A stretch of DNA of 64,000 nt from Methylocystaceae bacterium (GCA_009773555.1 WSXZ01000021.1:574-64573), one strand, 5' to 3'. Numbered from the stretch's first letter, positions 9,587 through 20,614 are shown. Numbers and translations: made by a program. The notes: a model not told the origin generated them from the sequence alone.

Positions 9587-10338
9587 TCCGTTTCATCTCG
9601 CTTGCGGCTCTGCTCCTGCTTTGGCAGATCGGCGCGTCTCTGTCCGATCCGCGCCGGCTTCCGGGACCGGCGGCCGTTTTCGAGAAGATTTATGAAGAAG
9701 CGGTCTCCGGGGGGCTGTTCTTCAATCTCACGATCACGCTTGCACGGGTTATCGCCGCTTTCGCGCTCGCCATGAGTTTCGGGACGGCGATCGGCTATGT
9801 CATGGGCCGCAACAGGCTCGCCGACCGGCTGCTCGATCCATGGCTCGTCGTGCTGCTCAATCTGCCGGCGCTGGTCGTCATCGTGCTCGCTTACGTCTGG
9901 GCCGGCCTCACCGAAGTCGCCGCGATCGGCGCCGTTGCGCTGAACAAGCTGCCCAACGCCATCGTCGTCGTGCGCGAAGGCGCCCGCGCGCTCGATCCGC
10001 ATCTTGAGGACATGGCGCATGTGTTTCGTTTTTCTCCCGCCGCGCGCTTCAGGAATCTCGTCCTGCCGCAGCTCGCGCCCTATCTTGCGGCGGCGACGCG
10101 CTCCGGCCTGTCGCTCGTCTGGAAGATCGTCCTCGTCGTCGAACTGCTGGGGCGCTCGAACGGCGTCGGATTCGAAATCAACATGGCCTTTCAGCTCTTT
10201 GACATGAGGCTTCTGCTTGCTTACGCGCTTCCCTTCGTCGCGCTGATGCTCGGCGTCGAAACTTTTTTGGTGCAGCCTCTTGAACGACACGTCTCACGCT
10301 GGCGGCGCGGCGTCTCTCGACGTCTCGATCGCGTCTAA
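9583..10338 (+). CDS. ABC transporter permease
   Basis: Six hydrophobic segments and an EAA-type loop VVREGARALDPHLEDMAHVF. The start overlaps the SBP stop by 4 bp. Confidence 0.85.
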   Translation: MIRFISLAALLLLWQIGASLSDPRRLPGPAAVFEKIYEEAVSGGLFFNLTITLARVIAAFALAMSFGTAIGYVMGRNRLADRLLDPWLVVLLNLPALVVIVLAYVWAGLTEVAAIGAVALNKLPNAIVVVREGARALDPHLEDMAHVFRFSPAARFRNLVLPQLAPYLAAATRSGLSLVWKIVLVVELLGRSNGVGFEINMAFQLFDMRLLLAYALPFVALMLGVETFLVQPLERHVSRWRRGVSRRLDRV

Positions 10339-11050
10339 GGACTATCATTCGGCCAACGGACGGCCGCTTCGGGCGCTCGAAGATCTGCGGCTGACGCTGC
10401 CCGCGGGACAGGCGGGCGCGGTCGTCGGCCCTTCCGGCTGCGGCAAGACGACTCTGCTGCGACTCATCGCGGGACTCGACAAGGACTATGTCGGAACCAT
10501 CGTCCTGCCCGAACACGGCCGGCTCGGCATGGTTTTTCAAGAGCCACGGCTGCTGCCCTGGCGCAGCGTCATCGACAATATCCGCGTCGCCGCCCCGCAT
10601 GCCCGCGAAGACGACATCGCCGCGCTCCTCGACGAACTCGGGCTCGCCGAGCACGCATCGCATTTCCCGCGCGAACTATCGCTCGGCCTCGCCCGACGGG
10701 TCGCTCTTGCGCGGGCGCTCGCGGTCAAGCCGGACCTCCTGCTGCTGGATGAACCGCTCGTTTCGCTCGACGCCGCGCTTGCCCGAGACCTGCGCGAGAT
10801 GATCGCAAGACTCATCGACGAAAGGCGCATCACCACGCTGATCGTGACGCACGATCTGCGCGAGGCGATTGCGCTTGGAGACAGGCTGTACCTGTTGTCG
10901 GCGCGTCCCGCCCATGTCGTCGCCACGATTGATGTGCCGGCGCCGCGACGCGCGTTGGAGAGAGAGACGGCGGAAAGGATTGAAGCGCAGGCGAGAGACG
11001 CGTTTGCTGCGGCGCGCGCCGGGCCGCAGCGAGACATCCCTAGCGCTTGA
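10280..11050 (+). CDS. ABC transporter ATP-binding protein
   Basis: Walker A GPSGCGKTT, signature-like LSLGLARRV, Walker B LLLLDEP. Confidence 0.85.
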   Translation: MNDTSHAGGAASLDVSIASKDYHSANGRPLRALEDLRLTLPAGQAGAVVGPSGCGKTTLLRLIAGLDKDYVGTIVLPEHGRLGMVFQEPRLLPWRSVIDNIRVAAPHAREDDIAALLDELGLAEHASHFPRELSLGLARRVALARALAVKPDLLLLDEPLVSLDAALARDLREMIARLIDERRITTLIVTHDLREAIALGDRLYLLSARPAHVVATIDVPAPRRALERETAERIEAQARDAFAAARAGPQRDIPSA

Positions 11051-11062
11051 GCGTGTCCTGCT

Positions 11063-11740
11063 TCACCACGGAATATCCTCGCCGCGGTAGTCGAGATAGC
11101 GGCGCGTGTCGGCGAGGGTCAGCGACTCGGCGACACGAATGATTCCGGCCACGCTGTCGCGCACGTCGAGCTTGGCGTCCGGTCCGCCCATGTCGGTGCG
11201 CACCCAGCCGGGATGCATCGCGACGACAATGACGCGCTCCGTCTTCAGATCGGCGGCGAGACATTGCGCGATCTTGTTCAGCCCCGCTTTAGACACGCGG
11301 TAGGCGACATTGAATGTCCCCTCGAGCGACATCGAGCCGAGTATGCTCGACATCATGACGATGCGAGGACGCGCGCCGCGTTTTATCAGCGGCAGAAAGG
11401 CCTGGACGACGCGCAGCGGGCCCAGCGTATTGACCGAGAGAAGATCGAGCGCGCCTTCGAAATCCATATCGATGGAGGATTGGCGCTGCGGCCCATAGGC
11501 GCCGGCGTTGACGATGAGCGCGTCGATAGGATCGGTAACCTGCGCGGCGGCGGCCTCGATCTCGGCCTCATTGCGAACGTCGAACTGCAGAATTGCCGCC
11601 TGAGGCGCGGCCGCTTTCAGCGCCGCCGCTCCCACCGCGCTGCGCACGCTCGCGGTCACGCGCTCCCCTCGCGCTGAAAGCTGACGCGCAGCCTCCAATC
11701 CAATGCCGCGGCTCGCGCCGGCGATGAGCCAATGGGACAT
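11063..11740 (-). CDS. SDR family oxidoreductase
   Basis: Cofactor motif GASRGIG and catalytic YRVSK (YxxxK). Confidence 0.85.
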   Translation of the reverse strand: MSHWLIAGASRGIGLEAARQLSARGERVTASVRSAVGAAALKAAAPQAAILQFDVRNEAEIEAAAAQVTDPIDALIVNAGAYGPQRQSSIDMDFEGALDLLSVNTLGPLRVVQAFLPLIKRGARPRIVMMSSILGSMSLEGTFNVAYRVSKAGLNKIAQCLAADLKTERVIVVAMHPGWVRTDMGGPDAKLDVRDSVAGIIRVAESLTLADTRRYLDYRGEDIPW

Positions 11741-11872
11741 GTCTTATCCACCCGCATTCTGAAATCGATCTCTTATTGCTGGTTCTTAATATAGCGTCGA
11801 TACGGCGCGGGACAGGCTTGCCCAAGGTCATGTGGCGGTGCAGTATTCTCCCCGTTCAAGGGGGCTTTTTTC

Positions 11873-13033
11873 ATGAACGACATGACAGTAGACGCGGCGC
11901 AGCGCGCGCCGGAGTCGAGCGACATTGTTTTCACGGGCCACGACGACGAATTTCGCGACCTTCTGCGTAAAGGCGCGCTTCTTGAGATCGTCACCTTCGG
12001 CTTCTACCGGTTTTGGCTCGCGACCAAAATCCGCCAGCACCTGTGGTCGCATACGGCGCTCGACGGCGACGCCTTCGCCTATCTCGGAACGGCGCGAGAG
12101 TTGCTCATCGGCTTCCTTTTCGCCATCGCGATCCTAGCGCCGATCTATCTCGCCTCCTTCCTGCTCGGCGTCGAAGTCGAACGCGCACAATCATTCGCAT
12201 CGTCCCTGTTCGGCGTTTTCTTTCTGACTTTTTGGCAGTTTGCGATCTATCGGGCGCGGCGCTATCGCCTGCATCGCACGGCTTGGCGAGGGCTGCGCTT
12301 TCACATGGACGGCTCCGGCGTTTCCTATGCGCTGCGCGCCATGGGCTGGGGCTTTGTCAGCGTCGTCACGCTCGGGTTAGCGCTGCCGTGGATGCAGGCT
12401 GCATTGGAACGCTACAAGATGCGCCACACCTACTACGGCGATCTTCGTGGCGACTTCATTGTAACCGGCGGCAGTTTCTTCAAACAGGGCTGGCTGCTTT
12501 GGATCGGCGCCGCCTTCACGGCGGCTGCTTACTTCGTCGGGCCTGTCCTCTATGAACTCACGAAGCAAGGGGCTTGGTTCTTGTTGATGCTGCCGACCCT
12601 TCCAGCCTTGGTTTTCATATATGCGCGGTTTAAGGCCCTGCAGTGGAAGTGGTGGCTGGAAGGCGTGCGCATCGGCGACGTGCGGGCGACCTCGACCCTG
12701 GAGCGCCACGCGCTGACTGGAAATTATTGGATTTTCGTCGGCCTTTTCCTGGCTTCGCTGTTGGCGGCGGGGATCGGCGTGACGCTCGCCGTCGCCTTCC
12801 TGCCCAAAATCCTCGGCGTCGTCTTGGCTGTTTTCTTCTATCTTGCGCTGATCGTGCAATATTCGATTCTGTGGCGAACCTACTTCGTCCAGCGGGTATG
12901 GCGGATCGTCGTCAATTCGCTGACGATTCATCATCTGCACACGGCGCAGGAAGTCGCGATGCGGCTCGATGCGTCGCCGCCGACGGCGCTCGGCGAAGGC
13001 TTCGCCGATAGTCTCGACGTCGCAGGATTCTGA
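11873..13033 (+). CDS. DUF898 (YjgN-like) multi-pass membrane protein
   Basis: The N-terminal segment FTGHDDEFRDLLRKGALLEIVTFGFYRFW and repeated TM pairs are typical of DUF898. Confidence 0.7.
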   Translation: MNDMTVDAAQRAPESSDIVFTGHDDEFRDLLRKGALLEIVTFGFYRFWLATKIRQHLWSHTALDGDAFAYLGTARELLIGFLFAIAILAPIYLASFLLGVEVERAQSFASSLFGVFFLTFWQFAIYRARRYRLHRTAWRGLRFHMDGSGVSYALRAMGWGFVSVVTLGLALPWMQAALERYKMRHTYYGDLRGDFIVTGGSFFKQGWLLWIGAAFTAAAYFVGPVLYELTKQGAWFLLMLPTLPALVFIYARFKALQWKWWLEGVRIGDVRATSTLERHALTGNYWIFVGLFLASLLAAGIGVTLAVAFLPKILGVVLAVFFYLALIVQYSILWRTYFVQRVWRIVVNSLTIHHLHTAQEVAMRLDASPPTALGEGFADSLDVAGF

Positions 13034-13037
13034 CTGC

Positions 13038-14102
13038 GTGAACGAGAAATTCGAGGCGATTTATTTCGACGGCTTGGTCAATAAAAAGCGCCGCGTCTCG
13101 CTCGCCTTCGGTCCGACGCTGGAAATATGCGAGGACGGCGCGGTTCTCTCTGCGTGGTCTTACGCCGACGTGCGCCGCATCCCCGCGCCAGCCGACCTGA
13201 TGCGGCTGCGGTCGATTAGCGCCGCGCAATTGGCGCATCTCGACATCCGCGACGGCGACACCCAGCGCGAGGTCGAACGCCATTGTCCGAGGCTCGCGGA
13301 TGACGCGGCGCACGGAGGTTCGACGCTCAAAATTGTCGGCTGGTCGCTTGCCGCGACCGCTTCGATCTTCGGCCTCGTTTGGTTCGGCGTTCCCTTCGCC
13401 GCGGACCGCTTGGCGCCGCTCGTGCCCATTTCATGGGAAAACCGTATTGGCGAAGTGGCCGAACGGCAGATACGCCAAATGTTCGACGGCAAGAACTGCA
13501 CAACGCCCAAGGGCTCGGCCGCGCTCGTGAAGCTCTCCAAACGCTTGCAGGACGCGTCCGGCCTTCGCGTGACGGCGACCATCGAGGCGCTCAGCGAAAA
13601 AACGCCAAACGCCTTCGCCCTTCCAGGGGGTAAGGTGTTCGTCCTTGCGGGACTATTGGAGAAGGCGCAGTCGCAGGATGAAATCCTGGGCGTGTTGGCG
13701 CATGAACTCGGTCATTTGCAGAACCGCGATCATCTGCGCCGCATCATCGCCGATGGCGGAACCGCCTATCTCTTCGGCCTGCTGTTTGGCGACGTGGCCG
13801 GCGGCGGCGCCGTGGTTTTCGCCGGCAAGACCCTGCTCAACGCCGCCAATTCGCGGGAAGCGGAGGCGCAAGCTGACGCGTTCGCTGCGCAAACGCTCGC
13901 CCGCCTCGGCCGTCCCGCGAAACCGATGGGCGAATTGCTGCTGCGCGTGACGGGCAAGGAAAAAAACGGCTTCCTCACCATCCTTCACGATCACCCTTTG
14001 AGCGAAGACCGACTCGCCAAGCTCTCGGCGGCGGACAAAGCCACGGCTGAACCCGTGCTCACCGCCGACGAATGGAAGGCGCTGCAGACGATCTGCGACT
14101 AG
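13038..14102 (+). CDS. M48 family metallopeptidase with N-terminal YjgN-associated domain
   Basis: HExxH motif HELGHLQNRD. A GTG start at 13038 lies just after the DUF898 stop. Confidence 0.75.
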   Translation: MNEKFEAIYFDGLVNKKRRVSLAFGPTLEICEDGAVLSAWSYADVRRIPAPADLMRLRSISAAQLAHLDIRDGDTQREVERHCPRLADDAAHGGSTLKIVGWSLAATASIFGLVWFGVPFAADRLAPLVPISWENRIGEVAERQIRQMFDGKNCTTPKGSAALVKLSKRLQDASGLRVTATIEALSEKTPNAFALPGGKVFVLAGLLEKAQSQDEILGVLAHELGHLQNRDHLRRIIADGGTAYLFGLLFGDVAGGGAVVFAGKTLLNAANSREAEAQADAFAAQTLARLGRPAKPMGELLLRVTGKEKNGFLTILHDHPLSEDRLAKLSAADKATAEPVLTADEWKALQTICD

Positions 14103-14108
14103 CCCTTT

Positions 14109-14996
14109 CTACATCGCAGCCGGCGCAGGCGCCGCCTCGATCCGCGCGACGCCGTCGCGCACCGCCGCCTGCACCTTCTCGAAGGCGCGCACCTCGATCT
14201 GGCGCACGCGCTCGCGCGACACGCCGAATTCCTCGGAGAGCGTTTCGAGCGTGACAGGATCGTCGGACAGTCGGCGCGCCTCGAAGATGCGTCGCTCGCG
14301 CGGATTGAGCACGTCAAGCGCGCCGCGCAGCGCCTTCAGGCGATTGTCGCTTTCTTCGTGGGCGACGAGCAGATGCTCCTGATCGACGCTATCGTCGACG
14401 AGCCAGTCCTGCCATTCGCCTTCGCCCTCCTCGCGCAAAGGCGTGTTGAGCGACGCGTCGCCGCCCATGCGGCGATTCATGTCAATGACGTCCTGCTTGG
14501 ACACGCCAAGCCGATGCGCGATCTTTTCGACGTTCTCGGGCTTCAAGTCGCCTTCTTCGAAGGCCGAGATGCGGCTCTTGGCCTTGCGAAGGTTAAAGAA
14601 GAGCTTCTTCTGGCTCGCGGTGGTGCCCATTTTGACGAGCGACCAGGAGCGCAAAATATACTCTTGGATGGAGGCGCGGATCCACCACATTGCATAGGTC
14701 GCAAGGCGGAAGCCGCGCTCGGGCTCGAAGCGCTTGACGGCCTGCATGAGGCCGACATTGCCTTCGGAAACGATTTCCCCGATCGGCAAGCCGTAGCCGC
14801 GATAGCCCATGGCGATCTTCGCCACGAGACGCAGATGCGACGTGATCAGCTCCTGCGCGGCTTTCGCGTCTTCATGTTCGCGCCAGCGCTTGGCAAGCAT
14901 ATATTCCTGCTGCGGCTCCAACATTGGAAACCGCCTAATTTCAGATAGATAGCGGGCTAGGCCGTCTTCTGAGACGATTGGCAAGGCATTCGCCAT
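14109..14996 (-). CDS. rpoH: RNA polymerase sigma-32 (heat-shock sigma factor)
   Basis: RpoH box QKKLFFNLRK and sigma-70 regions 2-4. The product is ~295 aa from MANALPIV. Confidence 0.9.
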   Translation of the reverse strand: MANALPIVSEDGLARYLSEIRRFPMLEPQQEYMLAKRWREHEDAKAAQELITSHLRLVAKIAMGYRGYGLPIGEIVSEGNVGLMQAVKRFEPERGFRLATYAMWWIRASIQEYILRSWSLVKMGTTASQKKLFFNLRKAKSRISAFEEGDLKPENVEKIAHRLGVSKQDVIDMNRRMGGDASLNTPLREEGEGEWQDWLVDDSVDQEHLLVAHEESDNRLKALRGALDVLNPRERRIFEARRLSDDPVTLETLSEEFGVSRERVRQIEVRAFEKVQAAVRDGVARIEAAPAPAAM

Positions 14997-15251
14997 AAGT
15001 CCCTCCTGACGAACCCCCTGAGTTAAGGCGGGTCCGCGAAGCGCGGCCACAAAACGCCGGCCGCGACAGGGGGACATTATAGGGCGCCCCTAGTGGGCTG
15101 GAAAATGACAATTGCGTGAAGGGACGCTAAAGCACGGATTAAGATTCAGCAATGTGAATGACGCGTTTTCAGAGGCTCGGCCGCGCAAGTTTGCCGCGCA
15201 AGATTGGCGAAGATTCTGCCCGTTATGATTTCGCGATCTTCTGGCGAGAAT

Positions 15252-16769
15252 TCACTTCGACATGCCGCCCAGCACGCCGCGCAGAATTTGGCGCGCGATC
15301 TGTGTTCCGGCGGACCGCGCCGCCGATTGAATCGCGGCGCGCGCCGCAAGTTCCGCAGTCGACATGCGCTTCTTGTCGCCCTTGCCAAAAATGCCGCCCA
15401 ATATGCCGCCGAGCGCGCCGAGCAGACCGCCGCCCGCGCCGCTTTCAGCCTCGCCCTTGACGGCGCGCGCCTGCAGCATTTCGAATGCGGATTCGCGATC
15501 GACCATCGTGTCGTATTTTCCACCAAAGGCGCTCGCGGCCATCACGGCCTTCCGCTCCTGCGGCGATATCGGTCCCACGCGGGCGGACGGCGGCGCGATC
15601 AACGTGCGTTCGACGACTTCGGGCGTTCCCTTGGCGTCGAGCATCGACACCAGCGCTTCGCCGACTCCAAGCTGCATGATCGCCTCGGCTTCCTCGAGGG
15701 CGCGATTGTCGCGAAACGTCTCCGCGGCGGCGCGCACCGCCTTCTGATCGCGAGGCGTGAAGGCGCGCAGCACATGTTGAATGCGATTGCCGAGCTGGCC
15801 CAGAACCGTGTCCGGCACGTCGAGCGGATTTTGCGTGATGAAATAGACGCCGACGCCTTTGGACCGGATCAGGCGCACGACCTGCTCGATCGCGGACAGC
15901 AGCGCCTTCGGGGCGTCGGTGAACAGAAGATGCGCCTCGTCGAAGAAGAACACGAGCTTCGGCTTATCGAGATCGCCCACTTCCGGCAGGGCTTCGAACA
16001 GCTCGGAAAGCATCCAAAGAAGGAAGGTGGCGTAGAGCCGCGGCGCGCGCATGAGCTTGTCCGCGGCGAGGATATTGATCACGCCGCGGCCGTCGCGATC
16101 GACTCGCAGGAAATCCATGATGTCGAGCGCCGGCTCGCCAAAGAAACTTGCGCCGCCCTGCGTCTCCAGCACCAACAGCTGCCGCTGAATGGCGCCGACG
16201 CTCGCTGGCGCAACATTTCCGTATTTCTGTTTGTAGGCTGCGGCGTTCTCCGCAACATGCGCGAGCATCGCCCGCAAATCCTTCAAATCGAGCAGCAACA
16301 TGCCCTGCTCGTCCGCAACCCTGAAAACGACATTCAGAACGCCCTCTTGGACGTCGTTCAAATCGAGCAGGCGCGAAAGAAGCAGCGGCCCCATTTCCGA
16401 GATCGAAGCCCGAACCGGGTGTCCCTGTTCGCCAAAAACGTCCCAGAAGGCGACGGGAAACCGGTCGGGCTCGTAGAGAACGCCAATCTCCTTGGCGCGT
16501 GCGACGAAGGCCGACTTGCCTTCGCCCGGCTGCGACAGGCCGGCAAGATCGCCTTTGACGTCGGCGAGAAAGACGCAAGTTCCGGCGTTCGAGAAGCCTT
16601 CGGCAAGCCGCTGCAGCGAAACGGTTTTGCCTCCGCCGGTTGCGCCCGCGATCAAGCCATGACGGTTGCCAAGCGCGAGCAGAAGGTAGTTGTAAGCGCG
16701 CGGCTTCCCGTCCTTCACGCTTGCGCCGACGAGGATTTTGTCGGGAACGGCGCTCGGAGTTTCGCTCAT
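15252..16769 (-). CDS. DUF853 / YjgR-like HerA-type P-loop NTPase
   Basis: Walker A GATGGGKT, Walker B-like VFFFDEAH, and a Gly/Ala-rich C-terminal tail. Confidence 0.8.
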   Translation of the reverse strand: MSETPSAVPDKILVGASVKDGKPRAYNYLLLALGNRHGLIAGATGGGKTVSLQRLAEGFSNAGTCVFLADVKGDLAGLSQPGEGKSAFVARAKEIGVLYEPDRFPVAFWDVFGEQGHPVRASISEMGPLLLSRLLDLNDVQEGVLNVVFRVADEQGMLLLDLKDLRAMLAHVAENAAAYKQKYGNVAPASVGAIQRQLLVLETQGGASFFGEPALDIMDFLRVDRDGRGVINILAADKLMRAPRLYATFLLWMLSELFEALPEVGDLDKPKLVFFFDEAHLLFTDAPKALLSAIEQVVRLIRSKGVGVYFITQNPLDVPDTVLGQLGNRIQHVLRAFTPRDQKAVRAAAETFRDNRALEEAEAIMQLGVGEALVSMLDAKGTPEVVERTLIAPPSARVGPISPQERKAVMAASAFGGKYDTMVDRESAFEMLQARAVKGEAESGAGGGLLGALGGILGGIFGKGDKKRMSTAELAARAAIQSAARSAGTQIARQILRGVLGGMSK

Positions 16770-16922
16770 GGTTAAAGCGCCTTCACGGTCAGGAATCGCA
16801 ATTGCGCGAAGCTACACCATCGGCGCAGGACACGCATGTCCGCCCCGTTCGGCGCAGTCTGGGCGCGACAGCGCTTGGCGAATGCAAAAGGGCGCGATAA
16901 GTTCCCGCCGGGAGAAAGTCCA

Positions 16923-17276
16923 ATGAAGCTACGCTTGGCGATGATCGGCGTCGTCGCCGCCGCCGGCGTCGCGCAGGCGGTCGGCGCGACGAAGCCGCGA
17001 ACGGCGCCGGCGAAGCTGGCGCAAACCGTCGATCTGGAGAACCAGCGTCCCGTGCCGCTGAAAAGCTTTGAGATCGTCATGGCGGCAAAAAACAAAACGG
17101 CGCCGGAAGCCATCGTCGGGAAGCTTGATCAGCCGCTGGCCGCCGGAGGCCGCACGCGGTTTCCGATCACCGGCGCCAGAGGTTGCCGCTTTGAGGCGCG
17201 TTGGGCGTTCGACGACGCGAAGGATTCAGGCGACGTGGACTTATGCAATGACGCCCATATAGTTTTCGCGGATTAA
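16923..17276 (+). CDS. Small secreted hypothetical protein
   Basis: Signal peptide MKLRLAMIGVVAAAGVAQA. No recognisable domain. Confidence 0.45.
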   Translation: MKLRLAMIGVVAAAGVAQAVGATKPRTAPAKLAQTVDLENQRPVPLKSFEIVMAAKNKTAPEAIVGKLDQPLAAGGRTRFPITGARGCRFEARWAFDDAKDSGDVDLCNDAHIVFAD

Positions 17277-17323
17277 TCCTATTCGCGGTCCGCTCAGCGG
17301 ACCGGCTGCGGCGCGCGCCGCCC

Positions 17324-17995
17324 ATGACAACAATCAGGAAACGCACGATGGCCAACGGATCGAAGGGTGGCGCAAAGGGAGTCAAGCGCGGCGCAAAGGG
17401 CGCACAATCCACAAGTGGACTAGGCATTTCGAGGCCGCTGCTGGTCGGCGTCGGCGCTGTCTTCGCGCTCATGTTCGGCGCCTTTGTCTACTTCACAAGC
17501 GGCAAGCCCACGACGTCGACGGAAACCATCGGCGGACCTTTTCAGCTCACCGCGCATACCGGGCAGCCGGTGACAGAGCAGGATTTCCTCGGACGCCCCT
17601 TCCTCGTCTTCTTCGGCTATACGCACTGTCCCGATATTTGTCACACCACGCTCTTCGAGATGTCGGAGATCTTGCGGGCGATGGGGCCGGATGCGAAAGT
17701 CGGCGCGCTGTTCGTCACCGTCGATCCGGAACGAGACACGCCCGAGGCTCTCAAAGATTATCTCTCCAATTTCGATCCGCGCATCATCGGCGTCACCGGT
17801 TCGCGCGCGTCGCTCGATCCCGTGTTGCGGGAATATCGCATCTTCTCTAAGCGTGCGCCCGGCAAGGACGAGGACTATTCCGTCGACCACACCACTGTCG
17901 TGTATCTGATGGACAAGAACGGCCGCTTTGTAAGCCCGTTCAACGTGGCGCGGCGCCCTGCCGAAGCCGCGCGTGAGCTTGAACGCCATCTGTAG
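17324..17995 (+). CDS. SCO1/SenC family copper chaperone (thioredoxin fold)
   Basis: CxxxC motif CPDICHTT plus a downstream DHT histidine. There is an N-terminal TM anchor. Confidence 0.85.
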   Translation: MTTIRKRTMANGSKGGAKGVKRGAKGAQSTSGLGISRPLLVGVGAVFALMFGAFVYFTSGKPTTSTETIGGPFQLTAHTGQPVTEQDFLGRPFLVFFGYTHCPDICHTTLFEMSEILRAMGPDAKVGALFVTVDPERDTPEALKDYLSNFDPRIIGVTGSRASLDPVLREYRIFSKRAPGKDEDYSVDHTTVVYLMDKNGRFVSPFNVARRPAEAARELERHL

Positions 17996-18103
17996 CGCGC
18001 GCAGTCGCCTGAATGGGAGAGCGCGCGAAAAGGCAACGCAAGGGAAATATTTTCATCAAGCTGCAATTTTGGAACTCGCGACTCATATGGCCTTTGCGCT
18101 AGC

Positions 18104-18880
18104 ATGAGCGTTATGCTTCGACTCCTGCGCCAAGGACCGACGCCGACTGGCGGCGCGTCAATTCTCACATTGGTCCACGCCGGCGAAACAATTCTCGTCG
18201 CTTTGCGTCGGTCACAGAATGCGCGGCGATTCACTTTGCGCGTGCGCTTCGCCGCACGCGATGCCGTATTGACGATGCCGCAGCGGGCGTCATTGCGCGA
18301 TGCGCGAGATTTCGCTCAGCGCCACGCCGCCTGGATCGCTTCGCGCCTCGACAGGCTTCCGGCAACCATTCCTTTCGCGCATGGTTCGGTCGCGCCTCTT
18401 CGCGGCGTCGATCATATGATCGCACATCATCCGGACCGCCGGGGGGTCACCTGGATCGAGCCAAGAGACGACGCCGAGGCTCCCTTCGCGCTTTGCGTCG
18501 CGGGTCAGACCGAACATGTGCACCGCCGCGTTCAGGATCACCTGAAGCGGGAGGCGCGACGCGACCTCGAAGAGGCGGTCGCCCGCCACACTGGCGCACT
18601 CAGTCTGCCGCCCCGCGGCGTCGGCCTGCGCGATCCGATCAGCCGATGGGGATCGTGTTCGGCCTCCGGCTCGCTGAACTTTTCCTGGCGGCTGATCATG
18701 GCGCCGCCGTTCGTCCTCGATTACCTCGCCGCCCATGAGGTCGCGCATCTCGTGCATCTCGATCATTCGTCGCGATTTTGGAAGCTGACGCGGCGGCTCT
18801 GCGCCGACACGGATCACGCCGAAGCCTGGCTCTCCGCCCATGGCGCGCACCTTCACAAATATGGAGCCAAGGCACGATGA
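18104..18880 (+). CDS. YgjP-like (DUF45/M48-like) metallopeptidase
   Basis: HEVAHLVHLDHSSRFW (HExxH...H) near the C-terminus. Confidence 0.75.
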   Translation: MSVMLRLLRQGPTPTGGASILTLVHAGETILVALRRSQNARRFTLRVRFAARDAVLTMPQRASLRDARDFAQRHAAWIASRLDRLPATIPFAHGSVAPLRGVDHMIAHHPDRRGVTWIEPRDDAEAPFALCVAGQTEHVHRRVQDHLKREARRDLEEAVARHTGALSLPPRGVGLRDPISRWGSCSASGSLNFSWRLIMAPPFVLDYLAAHEVAHLVHLDHSSRFWKLTRRLCADTDHAEAWLSAHGAHLHKYGAKAR

Positions 18881-19404
18881 TCGACCGCCGCCGCCTGCTC
18901 GGATTCGCCCTGCTCCTGCCCCTGCCGCTGTCGCAAGCCGCGTCGGCGCTGGCCGAAGAGCCGCGCAAACGCCTGCTCGTTCTCGATTTCGAGCTGGTCG
19001 ACACGTCAAACGAGCCTGTCGACCAAAGCGCCGAACATGCGAAACGACTGGCGCGGGCGCGTGACGACATCGGCGCGGGACTCGCCGCGCGGGGCGTTTA
19101 TGACGTCGTCGACCGGGCTCCCATTGCGGCGGATCTCGACGCGATCTTGAAACAAACCTACATTCGCACCTGCAACGGCTGCGAATTGTCGCTTGCCCGC
19201 AAGGCCGGCGCCGATCTCGTTCTGACGGGCGTCGTCAATAAGGTCAGCACGCTGATCCTCAGCATGGGCGTTTCAATCGCGCGCGTCTCGACGGGCGAAC
19301 TGATCTATCATCAAGGGTTCGATTTTCGCGGCGACAATGATCAATCCTGGGCGCGCGCGACGAAATTCTTCGTCGATCGCATCGCCCGCGATCCGCTGAA
19401 TTGA
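18877..19404 (+). CDS. Secreted DUF2380/DUF3280-like protein
   Basis: ATGA overlap with the upstream gene. Tat-like signal MIDRRRLLGFALLLPLPLSQAASA. Confidence 0.5.
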   Translation: MIDRRRLLGFALLLPLPLSQAASALAEEPRKRLLVLDFELVDTSNEPVDQSAEHAKRLARARDDIGAGLAARGVYDVVDRAPIAADLDAILKQTYIRTCNGCELSLARKAGADLVLTGVVNKVSTLILSMGVSIARVSTGELIYHQGFDFRGDNDQSWARATKFFVDRIARDPLN

Positions 19405-19419
19405 GCCAAGGAGGCCCGT

Positions 19420-20412
19420 ATGAGCCAGAGCGCCGGCTGTGAACCGACGGCGACGTCGCGCCCGCCCTGGTCGATGGTGGCGCAGGCCCGCGCGCGCGGC
19501 GCCTTGCTCGACGCGCTCGTGCGGCGGGCGCAGGCGCTGCCGCCCATCCGCATGGGCGTCATCCATCCTTGCGACGCGCGCTCGGTGGAAGGCGCGATCG
19601 CCGCGCGCGACAAAGGGCTGATCGTCCCGACCCTTATCGGACCGCGGGCGAAGATCGAGGCGGCCGCGTGCGCGAGCGGGGTCTCGCTCGAAGGCGTCGA
19701 GATCGTCGACGCGCCACACAGCCACGCCGCCGCCGATCAGGCGGTGGAGCTCGTTCGCCGCGGCCGGCTGCACGCGCTGATGAAAGGCGCGCTGCATACG
19801 GACGAACTGATGACCGCGGTCATACGCGACGGCGCCGGCCTGCGCACGGACCGGCGGATCAGCCATGTCTTTGTGATCGACGCGCCGTATTATCATAAGT
19901 TGCTGCTCGTCACCGACGCGGCAATCAATATTGCGCCGACGCTCGACACCAAGCGCGACATCGTGCGCAACGCCATCGATCTCGCGCATGCGATCGGCAT
20001 CGAACGTCCCAAAGTAGCGCTGCTTTCGGCCGTGGAGACGGTCGAAGGAAAAATCCCGTCGACCATCGAGGCGGCGGCGCTCTGCAAGATGGCCGACCGT
20101 GGCCAGATCGCCGGCGCCGCGCTTGACGGTCCGCTGGCCTTCGACAACGCCATCTCGCGCGAAGCGGCCGACGCCAAGCACATAGAGTCCGAGGTCGCCG
20201 GCGACGCGGACATTCTGGTCGCGCCCGATCTCGAGGCGGGCAATATCCTGGCGAAGCAGCTCGTCTTCCTCGGCGGCGCCGACACCGCGGGGCTGGTCCT
20301 CGGCGCGCGCGTGCCGATCGTGCTGACGAGCCGCGCCGACGACGTCGATTCGCGCGTCGTCTCTTCGGCGCTGGCGCAGATTTTCACCCATCGGCCGCGC
20401 GCCGCGCCCTAG
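19420..20412 (+). CDS. Phosphate acetyl/butyryl-transferase family protein
   Basis: PTA_PTB-like segments DAAINIAPT and [11 protein letters not shown] in a ~330-aa product. Confidence 0.75.
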   Translation: MSQSAGCEPTATSRPPWSMVAQARARGALLDALVRRAQALPPIRMGVIHPCDARSVEGAIAARDKGLIVPTLIGPRAKIEAAACASGVSLEGVEIVDAPHSHAAADQAVELVRRGRLHALMKGALHTDELMTAVIRDGAGLRTDRRISHVFVIDAPYYHKLLLVTDAAINIAPTLDTKRDIVRNAIDLAHAIGIERPKVALLSAVETVEGKIPSTIEAAALCKMADRGQIAGAALDGPLAFDNAISREAADAKHIESEVAGDADILVAPDLEAGNILAKQLVFLGGADTAGLVLGARVPIVLTSRADDVDSRVVSSALAQIFTHRPRAAP

Positions 20413-20490
20413 CGTTCTCGACAGAACGCCCCCCGCGTGGCAGAACGCGGCGCAAGAAATCCGCAAATTCGCGGAGAGGGCTAGCTCCGC

Positions 20491-20572
20491 CGTCATTGCG
20501 AGGAGCGAAGCGACGAAGCAATCCAGAACCGCGACTCTGGCTGTGGATTGCGTCGCTTCGCTCGCAATGACG
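20491..20572. repeat. Intergenic palindromic repeat family B
   Basis: cgtcattgcgaggagcgaagcgacgaagcaatcca ... tggattgcgtcgcttcgctcgcaatgacg. Further copies at 24835..24916 and 31859..31921. Confidence 0.8.
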
Positions 20573-20614
20573 ACGGACTCGAGGAGCCCAATCCGCCATC
20601 GCATGATCGCGCCA

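Noticed and set aside
15204-16775. 523-aa + strand ORF opposite the DUF853 NTPase gene
   Set aside because: The minus-strand frame has Walker A and B motifs. The plus-strand frame is Arg/Ala-rich noise.
20543-20614. N-terminal extensions of pheS (from 20543), the small secreted protein (from 24787) and yidD (from 36281)
   Set aside because: The extensions are translations of repeat families B and C. Conserved N-termini begin at the internal start codons.
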